From the IMG/VR virus record IMGVR_UViG_3300043437_000207, positions 1 through 61,225 of that record: DNA of 61,225 bases; one strand, written 5' to 3'. Source of the stretch: a virus (lineage: Duplodnaviria > Caudoviricetes). The first letter of the stretch is position 1; every line of letters begins with the position of its first letter. The notes beneath the pieces are model-generated. The model was not told the origin of the DNA. It searched no databases and was given only the letters and a program-made list of their open reading frames with translations. The position numbers and the translations under genes were made by a program. Shown piece after piece: positions 18,661-28,400 of this stretch.

Positions 18661-21630
18661 ATGTTAAAGAAAGTAAGAATCAAAAGACTGCCGCAAGCAA
18701 AGACAGGCTTTCAAGTACAAGGTTCATTATATAATGACGTGCCTGCTATGGGTGGTGGAGCTGACTATAATGCTTATATAGGTGAACCAAAACTTCAAGC
18801 AAGTAAATACATTACTGCTGTTCCAAGAGAAGAAGCTAATCTAGAAGCTGAAGGAGGTGAAACTGTTTATGGTGACATCAATGGAGATGGAATGCCAGAA
18901 CATAAAACTATCAAAGGTCCAAGACACTCTGCAGGTGGTGTACCATTAAAGTTACCAGATGATACATTTATCTTCAGTGATACAAAATCAATGAAAGTAA
19001 AGGAGCCACAGTTCTTAGCTGTGTTTGGTAAAAAGAGTGGTTCCTATACTCCGGCTGATTTAGCTAAGCAGTATGACATTGAAAAATATAGAAAGATCTT
19101 ACAGGATCCTAACACAGATGCATTAGATAGAAAAACTGCAGAGTTAATGCTTAAGAACTATACTCTTAAGTTAGGAGCTCTTGCATTAGCTCAAGAATCT
19201 AAAAAAGGATTCCCTCAAGGAATACCAGCTGTTGCTAGACCTTATATGGAAGCAATGGGTATTAAAGATGAGGATGTGCTTCCTGATCAACAAATTACAG
19301 AGACTGTTAAACAGTTGGATCAACAAGCTTCCAATAATCAAAGAAGTGCAGATACTATGGCTTCACCTACTGAAGAACAAGATGAACAGTATGGTGATGA
19401 AGCTGAGGAAGCACAAATGATTAATAGTGACCGTCCTATTGCACAACCAGAACCAATGCAAGATGAGGCTGCTGGTATGATGCCTGATCAAATGGAAATG
19501 CAAACTGGAGGTGTAATGTCTCAAAACAAATCATTTGCTTTTCAAGATGGTGGTTGGATGCCAGAAGATATTGCTGTATTTACAGGATCAATGCCTGAAG
19601 CTGCATATGGTATGGCTATGGGTGCTAATCCACAAAATTACCAAGGACGTGAGAAAGAACTAAGAGGTGCTTCACGTTTCTTTGAAGAAGGTGGAAATTT
19701 ACCAAAAGCTCAAGAAGGTGTACAGGTTGATGTAACTGGTATGACTCAAGATCAAAAAGACAGAGCTTATTATGATGCTAGAATAGCTAATCCAGATAAG
19801 AAAATTACTGTTATTGAAAATGGTAAAAGCTTAGGTACATTAAAGTATTCAAAAGATAAAGCTACAGATGTTGAAGGTATTGACATGAAAACATTTGGTA
19901 CTGGTCCAAATGCTATTGCTGCAGCGGCTCAATACAAACTTCTTGAAAATAGTTTAAAAGATCCTGATGTTGCTAAAAAACTTTGTGAAGAAACTCAAGC
20001 TTCCTTAAAAGATCCTAGATCTTATGTAAGTAAATCTGGAGCTAAAGGTAAAACTTGGGAACAAAGAGGACATAAAATGCCTGAATGTCAAGAAGTTGTA
20101 AATCAATTTTTAACACATCAAAAAAGAAACTTATCTTTTATGGGTCAAAACATTGATCCGAAATTATTTACAGATAGTGGACAAGGTCTTGCCAGCGCAG
20201 AAGAAATCTTAAAAAGAAAAGCTATTAACCCTAAGACAGGTGCACCAGTAAAAGATTTAGAAGAAGCTAAAGCTGTTAAAGATTACATGCGTACTACTTA
20301 CGGTGGTGGACGTGCCGGATATAAAGATAAAGAAGGAAAAGTTATTGATGTTTCAATTGATGAAGTATCTGGTAAACTTGGTGTACCTTTAGATAAAGAT
20401 GAAAAGTCTAGAGCTTTACAACAAGCTACTTTCCATGGTTATACACACATGTCTGAGAATAGAAGTAAGTATGATAAAGATCTTCAGTATAAAACACGTA
20501 ACTTCTTAGGTAATCTCCAAGTAGGAGTTAATGATGAAGCTGGTATGTCTAATGGATTGTTTAGTACTAAAGGTGTACAGATTTCTCCTATTGATGATTT
20601 TTACATGCCTGAAAAAGGAACTTATGGTAATACTACTGCAGGTCAATTGGCCGGAGCAGGACTGGATAAATATGATATTGAAAATGTAGAAGCTAAAACT
20701 GATACAAAAAAACAAGAATGTCCATGTCAAACATCTACAGGAATAATCTATGTAGGTAGAGATCCTAATACAGGACAATGTAATCCATGTGAGGAAGATG
20801 TACCATATGATGTAAACAAGCCAGCTGAATGGTGGTTACAAGATACAATTAAAACTGCAGGAGCATTTGGAGATAGAATGGGACTTAAGAAATATATGCC
20901 GTGGGCCCCTAGGGTAGACCTAGAAACTCCGCGTCCTACTTTCTTGGATCCTACAAGAGAACTTGCTGCTAATGCAGAACAAGCAAACATTCAGACTCAA
21001 GGGTTAGCACAGTTTGCTGGACCACAAGCAATGTCTTCTAGAGCATCATCTATTCAAGGTCAAGCTAGTAAACAAGCAGCAGATACTTTATCTAGATATA
21101 ATAATGCTAATGTTAATCTTGCAAATCAATTTGAAGGGCAAGTAACAAACATTAGAAACCAAGAACAAGGAATGAATCAGGCGGCTGCTCAAAGAGTATA
21201 TGATCAGAATACAATAGCAAATCAACAGTTTGATAATGCTAAATTGGCTATGAGAAATAATTTGAGAAATCAGTATACTAATGCAATGACAAATAGATCT
21301 AAGACAGATGCTCTTAATCAATTGTATCCACAGTTTGCTGTAAGCCCAGGTACTGGTGGATTCATGCACTTTACTCAAGGACGTGAACTTACACGTGAAA
21401 AATCTAGTACAGAAAAGACATATGATCAATGGTTACAGTATTATAAAGACCAGGGTATGACTGAATCAGCAGCTGTTGATGCAGCTAAGAATGCATTTAA
21501 TTCTCAAGGTTCTACAACTACTTCTGATAATAAAAAAGAAATACTAAAACAACAGTACGATAAGAAAGGTGGTCAGATGAAAAAAGGAGGATTTACTTAT
21601 GGAGATATCACCTACCCATTTATTATGTAA
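18661..21630 (+). CDS. Virion cargo protein (EAEGGE / GxxHxxGGV domain, Gln/Asn-rich C-terminus)
   Basis: 989 aa. N-terminal LEAEGGETV...GPRHSAGGV...IFSD domain of the kind seen in crAss-like internal proteins; GG motifs; Q/N-rich helical tail. Confidence 0.6.
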   Translation: MLKKVRIKRLPQAKTGFQVQGSLYNDVPAMGGGADYNAYIGEPKLQASKYITAVPREEANLEAEGGETVYGDINGDGMPEHKTIKGPRHSAGGVPLKLPDDTFIFSDTKSMKVKEPQFLAVFGKKSGSYTPADLAKQYDIEKYRKILQDPNTDALDRKTAELMLKNYTLKLGALALAQESKKGFPQGIPAVARPYMEAMGIKDEDVLPDQQITETVKQLDQQASNNQRSADTMASPTEEQDEQYGDEAEEAQMINSDRPIAQPEPMQDEAAGMMPDQMEMQTGGVMSQNKSFAFQDGGWMPEDIAVFTGSMPEAAYGMAMGANPQNYQGREKELRGASRFFEEGGNLPKAQEGVQVDVTGMTQDQKDRAYYDARIANPDKKITVIENGKSLGTLKYSKDKATDVEGIDMKTFGTGPNAIAAAAQYKLLENSLKDPDVAKKLCEETQASLKDPRSYVSKSGAKGKTWEQRGHKMPECQEVVNQFLTHQKRNLSFMGQNIDPKLFTDSGQGLASAEEILKRKAINPKTGAPVKDLEEAKAVKDYMRTTYGGGRAGYKDKEGKVIDVSIDEVSGKLGVPLDKDEKSRALQQATFHGYTHMSENRSKYDKDLQYKTRNFLGNLQVGVNDEAGMSNGLFSTKGVQISPIDDFYMPEKGTYGNTTAGQLAGAGLDKYDIENVEAKTDTKKQECPCQTSTGIIYVGRDPNTGQCNPCEEDVPYDVNKPAEWWLQDTIKTAGAFGDRMGLKKYMPWAPRVDLETPRPTFLDPTRELAANAEQANIQTQGLAQFAGPQAMSSRASSIQGQASKQAADTLSRYNNANVNLANQFEGQVTNIRNQEQGMNQAAAQRVYDQNTIANQQFDNAKLAMRNNLRNQYTNAMTNRSKTDALNQLYPQFAVSPGTGGFMHFTQGRELTREKSSTEKTYDQWLQYYKDQGMTESAAVDAAKNAFNSQGSTTTSDNKKEILKQQYDKKGGQMKKGGFTYGDITYPFIM

Positions 21631-21671
21631 ACTTTTGAAGTTTATTAAACTTTAAAAATTTTAATATTTTT
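21628..21671 (+). promoter_or_regulatory. Palindrome TAAACT-N5-AGTTTA plus TAATATTTT promoter element
   Basis: taaact-tttga-agttta at 21628-21644, a 17-nt spacer, then TAATATTTT at 21662, upstream of ATG 21688. Confidence 0.5.
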
Positions 21672-21687
21672 ACATCAAAGATTAATT

Positions 21688-22323
21688 ATGGCAACGTATT
21701 TACAATCAATTTCTGGAATATATAAAATTACTAATCTAATTAGTAATAAGTTATATGTTGGATGTGCTTCTAATATAAGAACAAGAATAAATGATCATAT
21801 TTACAATTTAAGAAAAGGTACGCATTCAAATATATATTTGCAAAAAGCGTGGATCAAATATGGTGAGAAAAGTTTTGTTTTTGAAATAATTGAAAAATGT
21901 AGTGTTTTTGATTTACATGATAAAGAACATTATTGGGTTAATAAATTTAATTGTTTAGATAGATTAATTGGTTATAATCTAAAACCAACAGATCCTAATG
22001 GTTGCTCTATTCATTCAGAAGAAACAAAAGAAAAATTAAGACAAACTAATAAAGGTAAAAAGCCATCTGCTTTATGTATTCAAAAACTTAAAGAAAGAAC
22101 TTTATCAATAGAGCATAAAGAAATTTTAGAAAAGTCAAGAAAACTTGTAAACTTTAAAGAAATACATAGAATGAAAAGAGGTAAAAAAGTCTTAGATACC
22201 ACAACAGAAATTGTCTATAGTTCTTTATCTGAAGTATGTGAATTACTAAATATTAAAAAAAGTTCTTTAAGCCGAAAATTATCAGGTAAAAGAATTAATA
22301 AAACAACATTTAAATATATTTAA
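21688..22323 (+). mobile_element. Free-standing GIY-YIG homing endonuclease (NUMOD3 plus C-terminal HTH)
   Basis: SGIYKITN...LYVG...R motif, NUMOD3-like HSEETKEKLR and a C-terminal NUMOD1-like YSSLSEVCELLNI; more AT-rich than its neighbours. Confidence 0.9.
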
Positions 22324-22325
22324 TT

Positions 22326-25300
22326 ATGGCTACTTATCTTCAGGGTGTTACAGATTATATACCAGATTATCAGCCGTTCCAACCGGACCTGAATTTCTAT
22401 GGTTCTGCCATGCAGACTAAGCAAACACAATATGATTCCAACTGGAAGTCATTGAATAATCTTTATGCAGATTTGCATAATGCTGATTTAACTCATGACT
22501 TAAATATTAAAAAGAAAGATGATGTTTTAAAACAAATTGACTTTAACTTAAAAAGAGTTACAGGATTAGATTTGTCTTTACAACAAAATGTTGATCAAGC
22601 TACTCAAGTATTCAGACCTTTCTATGAGGATAAATATTTGATGAAAGATATGGCTTGGACAAAAAATTATACATCTAAACTAAGTCATGCATTAAATCTT
22701 AAGAATTCTCAAGATGAAAAAATGCGCGGGCAATACTGGGATACTGGAATAAAAGACATGCAGTACCGCAGAGAAGAATTTAAAAATGCAACATTGGAGG
22801 AAACATTAAATATGGGTAATGCAAGTTATACACCATATGTTAATGCAATGGAAAAGTATTTAAAGCTTGCAAAAGAAACTGGTTTATCTATTGACATAAA
22901 AGATGTAGATGCTTCTGGAATGTACTTTGTTAGAGAAAAGAATGGAAAAGCTTTAATGTCTCCATTACAAAATCTATTTATGAGCGCGTATGCAAATGAT
23001 CCTGCCCTACAGGCCGTATATGCTACGCAATCCTATGTAAAAAGAAAAGACTATGCAGAACAATATGCTACTAAGTTTAATGGTAACAAAGATGAAGCTG
23101 AGAAAGAATACTTAAGAGACCAATACAAGTTCTTACAAAACTATACTGCTAGTAAAAAGATTGAATCAAAAGAAGCTGTTGATGTAAATAAGAATAAAGC
23201 AAAAGATGTAGAAAATGCTATTAATAATAATGATGCTGATATTTTTACAGAGTCTTATTTTGAAAGTTTGAACAAAGCATTGGCTATTGATGAGACAGTA
23301 GCTGATCATGCTGAAAAACTTGATAAAGATATTAATGGTGGTAAAAATAATACAATTGCTACATCAGGTGTTACAGGAGATCCTAATGCACTTGACTTTA
23401 GTAATATGGAACTTGCAAGATTAAAAGTAGATGCAGGTACCGCTTCTGTATTAGCAGAACAAGATATTCTAGGAGCTTCAGAAATTTATGCTTTTAAAGA
23501 TTATGTTTATGAAAAATCTGCTAATCCTGTAGGGTTAGAGAACATGAGACATCAGAATGCTCTTGCAAGAATTGACCATACTCATCAACTTAAAAAAGAT
23601 GAGATGAAGTTAAAAGCTGCATATGACTTAGAAAAAACTAGAATTGACCAGGGTCTTAAGAACGGTACAATCTGGTATGATAAAGAGGGAAAAATTCATG
23701 AAGATGATGGTTCTGCTTTTGGACTTACTTTAGGTTCACCATCAGGTTCATTTACAGATGAAATCAATGTATTAAAAGATAACTCTAATAGATACAATGA
23801 AACAATTTCTAATATGACAGGAACTTATATTGGAAATACTTTAACACGTCTTAAAAATCTTGCAGAAAACAATAAAATACAAGACAAAGATTTATGGAAT
23901 GCTCTTTCATGGTTAGACCCTAATAGTAAAGAAGCTGCCAAAAGATATGGTACTAAAAATGGTAAAGTACTTCTTGATAAATTATGGAACAAGTATCAAA
24001 ACAATAATGACAAGTTTATAATAGAATTTACTAAAACTAATCAAGTTGTTAAACTTAAAAAGTTTATGGATAATTGGGCAAATAAAAATACAGGTTACCG
24101 TATTGCTGATGATTATCATAATGATATTAGTGGAAAAGACATTGAAAAATATATACGTTATAGAGATCAAGCATCTATTATTGATAAAGCTAATCATGAT
24201 AAAATTAGTTCTAATATAATTAAAGCTCTTGACTCTGATGAAGGCTTTAGAAAATTAAATGCTGCTACAAAAGAAAAGCTTGTTGATATTTATATTAAAA
24301 ATTTAAAAAGCGGACGAGAACCTAACAAAGGCAAACAAGGCACTAAGTACTTTCAAGCAGGTAAAGAACGTGATGAAACTGAAGAAGAAGTTTTTTATCA
24401 ATTTCTGGATAAACAATTAGGATATGAAAAAGATTCAAAGCCTAGATATAATCCAACAATGTTTGATGTTGAAACAAACAGTGGTGAATTTACACCATAT
24501 ACTAGCGGTTTTGCAAAGAAAAGCGGTATTAAAATAGACAAGATGTATAAAATAATGTCAGAGTCATATCTTAAAACTATTAATCAAACAGGACCAGAGG
24601 GTCTTAAAAGTTATGCGGGTTTTGTAAAAACTAAAGGAGGAAGATACTCTCTTGGAACAAATGAGGTGACCGCTAAAAAAGTAATACTTTCAAATCCAAG
24701 TTTTGGTGGTTTTCAAGATTTTCAAGAAATAATGGCTGACATAAATAGAATTAGATTTAGTCAAGATCCGAGTAAGTATGCTGTAACATATGGTGGTTTA
24801 ACAGAAACAGCAGCAAAAGATAAAACATTAGATCCTTCTTTTACTAAAGCTATGTTAAGAGAGTTACAAATGTCTGCAGGTAAGAATAGTAAGGAAGGTA
24901 GTTTTATGATTGCTCGTTCAGCAATTGCTAGAGAAAAAGCAGATTTAGGTGCTGTTATCATCATTCCATCACAAGAGTTTTTAAAAAAATATATTAAGAC
25001 TGATGCTGGTGCAATTGATTGGGCTAAGATAAAAGAAATTAAAGCTAATGGTATTAGTTTTATTGCTCCAAGACAACAATGGACAAATAACTTTTTTCAA
25101 GAAAATGAACTTACAGCTACAGAACAAATTCTTAATGCTAAAGGAAAAATTGATTATGTACACGGGCAAGGAGCGGGTAGATACACAATGGAAAAAATAA
25201 AAAATGTACCAGGAGTAGATTATAGAATTTCTTACTCTACTAAAAGAATAAATGAATATGGTGATGTTGAAGAAATGTCTGATGCCTTACCACTTATGAG

Positions 25301-25472
25301 ATCTGGTAATAACATTGATAATAATGAATCTGCTATTTATGATAGGCTTCAAGAAATTGCTGTGCATAATGCACAAATGACTAAAAAATTTCAAAGAGAA
25401 GGTAATCAAGAAGCATTAGCAAAAATTAGAAAATCTTTTAAAATACCTCCTGTTGGTGGTTATCAATATTAA
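22326..25472 (+). CDS. Large virion (ejection/cargo) protein
   Basis: 1048 aa, helical, N-terminal YQPFQPDLNF motif; first gene of the giant-protein cluster. Confidence 0.6.
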   Translation: MATYLQGVTDYIPDYQPFQPDLNFYGSAMQTKQTQYDSNWKSLNNLYADLHNADLTHDLNIKKKDDVLKQIDFNLKRVTGLDLSLQQNVDQATQVFRPFYEDKYLMKDMAWTKNYTSKLSHALNLKNSQDEKMRGQYWDTGIKDMQYRREEFKNATLEETLNMGNASYTPYVNAMEKYLKLAKETGLSIDIKDVDASGMYFVREKNGKALMSPLQNLFMSAYANDPALQAVYATQSYVKRKDYAEQYATKFNGNKDEAEKEYLRDQYKFLQNYTASKKIESKEAVDVNKNKAKDVENAINNNDADIFTESYFESLNKALAIDETVADHAEKLDKDINGGKNNTIATSGVTGDPNALDFSNMELARLKVDAGTASVLAEQDILGASEIYAFKDYVYEKSANPVGLENMRHQNALARIDHTHQLKKDEMKLKAAYDLEKTRIDQGLKNGTIWYDKEGKIHEDDGSAFGLTLGSPSGSFTDEINVLKDNSNRYNETISNMTGTYIGNTLTRLKNLAENNKIQDKDLWNALSWLDPNSKEAAKRYGTKNGKVLLDKLWNKYQNNNDKFIIEFTKTNQVVKLKKFMDNWANKNTGYRIADDYHNDISGKDIEKYIRYRDQASIIDKANHDKISSNIIKALDSDEGFRKLNAATKEKLVDIYIKNLKSGREPNKGKQGTKYFQAGKERDETEEEVFYQFLDKQLGYEKDSKPRYNPTMFDVETNSGEFTPYTSGFAKKSGIKIDKMYKIMSESYLKTINQTGPEGLKSYAGFVKTKGGRYSLGTNEVTAKKVILSNPSFGGFQDFQEIMADINRIRFSQDPSKYAVTYGGLTETAAKDKTLDPSFTKAMLRELQMSAGKNSKEGSFMIARSAIAREKADLGAVIIIPSQEFLKKYIKTDAGAIDWAKIKEIKANGISFIAPRQQWTNNFFQENELTATEQILNAKGKIDYVHGQGAGRYTMEKIKNVPGVDYRISYSTKRINEYGDVEEMSDALPLMRSGNNIDNNESAIYDRLQEIAVHNAQMTKKFQREGNQEALAKIRKSFKIPPVGGYQY

Positions 25473-25477
25473 ACAAC

Positions 25478-28400
25478 ATGGCAGAAGAAACAAATGTACC
25501 AGATGAAGGAGTAAAAGATTTATCTCAAATGAGTGAATTTATTGCTCCAGCAGAAATTGGAGTTAATTTACATAAGTCAATGATTTCTCCAGCTTTAGAT
25601 ATTAATAAATATAATACAAAAGCTACTATAAGCAATCCGGCTTTAAGAATTAAAGATACAACAAAAGGTTCTGCTCCATATCATCCAAAAAAAATTACCT
25701 CTCCTAACTCTAAAGAATATGGAGGTTTAAAAGGAATCATGGATGATTTACGTGCAGAGTTATCTCAAAATGTAGATAAGAATGCATATAGTAAAATATA
25801 TGCATATGACTCTTCACCTAAAGGAGCACACAAAGCTAGATACAAAGGATATGGTCAAGAGACATATGATAAGATTGGATTTACTCCTGAAATAGATAAT
25901 GAAACTTGGTTCAATGCTAACACTACCATGTATGATGACTGGAAGCGTATGGCTACACAGGCTGCATGGCCTATGATGAAACTTGGTTTTATGAGTCCTA
26001 TCCATTCATACGGTAAACTTTTTGGACAAGCTGACATTGGTCAAGACTTAGCAGAGGCTAGAGACTATGAAGAATACAATGCTATTGGTTATTCCACTAA
26101 GGGTGGAATTGGTGGGTTCATGATTAACTTACAGAACTCAGCTGCATACTCAGTTGGTATACTTGCAGAGAGTGTAGTTGAAGGAGCTCTTATTGGTGCT
26201 GCAGTAGGGGCAGTAGGTGGAGAAGGTATCGGTGCTGCTCCAGGTGCAGTTATAGGAGGAGTTGTAGAAGGATTTGGAGCATTGTTAAAATTACCAGGTA
26301 CTCTATTTAATATGAGTAAGAATCTTGGTAAGATGACCATGAATCTTAAAAAGTTTGAAAAGATATCTGAAGTAAGAAACCTTTTTGGAAATGCTGGTAA
26401 ATCTATGGGTAACTTCGTAAACCCTATCAGCAATACTTCAGAGGCTGCAATGAAATATGTTTTTAAAAATCCTGATGATCTTAGTAACCTTGCAAGAAGT
26501 GCAAGAACTGTAGGAGCATTATGGCATGATGTAAAAAACATGAATGCTGCATTATCTGAAGGAAGACTTGAAGGCGGATTTACTGAACAAAGAGTTTTTG
26601 ATGAACTTTATAATAAGTACTATGAAAAGTATGGTGTAGCTCCAAGTGATGAGCTTCAAAAAGATATGCGTAAACAAGCAAAGGTAGCAGGTTATCAAAA
26701 CACTTGGAAGAATACTTTGCTTGTACACTATAGTAATAACATTGCTTTTCCATCTATTGCAAGAGCAGGTTTTATGAAAGGGCTTCCAACATTCAGCAAA
26801 ACAGTTGGTAAAGTTGGACCTTTTCAATTAGTATATGATCCAGCTAAAAAAGTTGCTTCTGAACTAGCCTATTCAGCTGAAAAAGTTTCTCTTAGAAATG
26901 CAGTAAAAGCATTTACTAAACCAGCAGCATATGGTAAGACAGCATTGAATTATTTCAAAGCTAACCTTGTAGAAGGTTTTCAAGAAACAGCACAGGATGT
27001 TTTATCAGATGCAACAGAGAATTATTACATAAATAGTTTTAAAAACAAAGACCGTCAAAATTTTGAATATTCTATGGCTACTCTTAACGGAGCCATGAAA
27101 AAACAAATTAGTGCACAAGGTCTTGAAACATTTGCTTCAGGTTTTGCAATGGGTTCTATCCTTGGAATTCCTGGAGGTGTCAAAGATTTTATGAGTGTTG
27201 GGTATAATAAGTATTTCAAACACCGTAATAACTATGATGAGTATATTCAAAAGAGACAAGATGAGGTTGATACAATTGTTGATGCATTAAACACAATGGA
27301 TAAAGGAGCCAAAAACTTTTTTGATCCAAGACTTACTAACTATACAACACAAATGCTTGCTGGTAAAGTTGCTGATGATCCTGAAGGCGCTACAACTAAA
27401 GAAGCAAAAGATACTAGCTTTGCAGCTTTTCAATCTGCTGTAAGAACATCTTTAAGAACAGGAACATTTGATATGTTTCTTAAGAACTATGAAGGATACA
27501 AACAAGCTACTCCAGAAGAGTTAGAACAAGCATGGAGATTGCAACCAGGACAAGGTCAAAAAGCTCTATTGAATATTGATAAGTCTATTGCTAATGCTAA
27601 AACAATTGCTGCTAGATGGCAGTATACTAAAAATAAATTTCCACATGTTGTAAATCCTGCAAACTTTAAGGATGATACTCCGGAGAAAGAAATGGCTGAA
27701 GTGTATAATGAAGCCTACCTTGCAGGTATTGACAATTTAGTATTCATGGGATCTGCATTTGACAATAATGCTGAAAGGTTAGATCAGATGTATAGTAAAT
27801 TATCATCTATTCCTGTAATACAAAATTCAAGATTTTCAGAGATTGCAACTATTACTGATCCTGCAAGATTGACTAAGGAAATAGCAATGCTCCGCACAGA
27901 GATTGAACTTTCTAAAAATGCTGCAACACCAGAAGCTAAAGAACAATATGAAAAACAAAAAGATCTTCTTGATAAATTAACAAGTTTTCAGAAAGAACAA
28001 TCAGGTGTTACTGTAGATTTCTTTAAAAGAATCATGAATGCTCAGAAAACTATCATGCAAACTGAGGGTATTTCTGCTAATGAGGCACAAGTCAAAGCTG
28101 TTGACCAGGTTACAAAAGAATTTGAAGATGAAGGATTACATCCTTTTGAAAGTTATAAAACAAGTTTTAGAGATTTGTTAGATACTCTTGCAGGTTCAGA
28201 AGAAAATAAAGCAAACCTTGGTAGACAATTAGATGATGCCGGAGGATTTGATGATATTTTTGAAATACTGGCTGATACACATCTTCTTAGAGATGAGAAC
28301 ATGCGTCTTAATAAATTCATAAATGTTCTTAATAGTCCACAAGATTTCTATGAACATGTTCAAAGAAACTTTGAATGGATGAAGAAGCTGTATAATAACA

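Noticed and set aside
21631-22325. Group I intron around the GIY-YIG gene
   Set aside because: The ORF fills the interval, with only 2 nt before the next ATG; there is no room for a ribozyme core, and the downstream gene is complete by itself.
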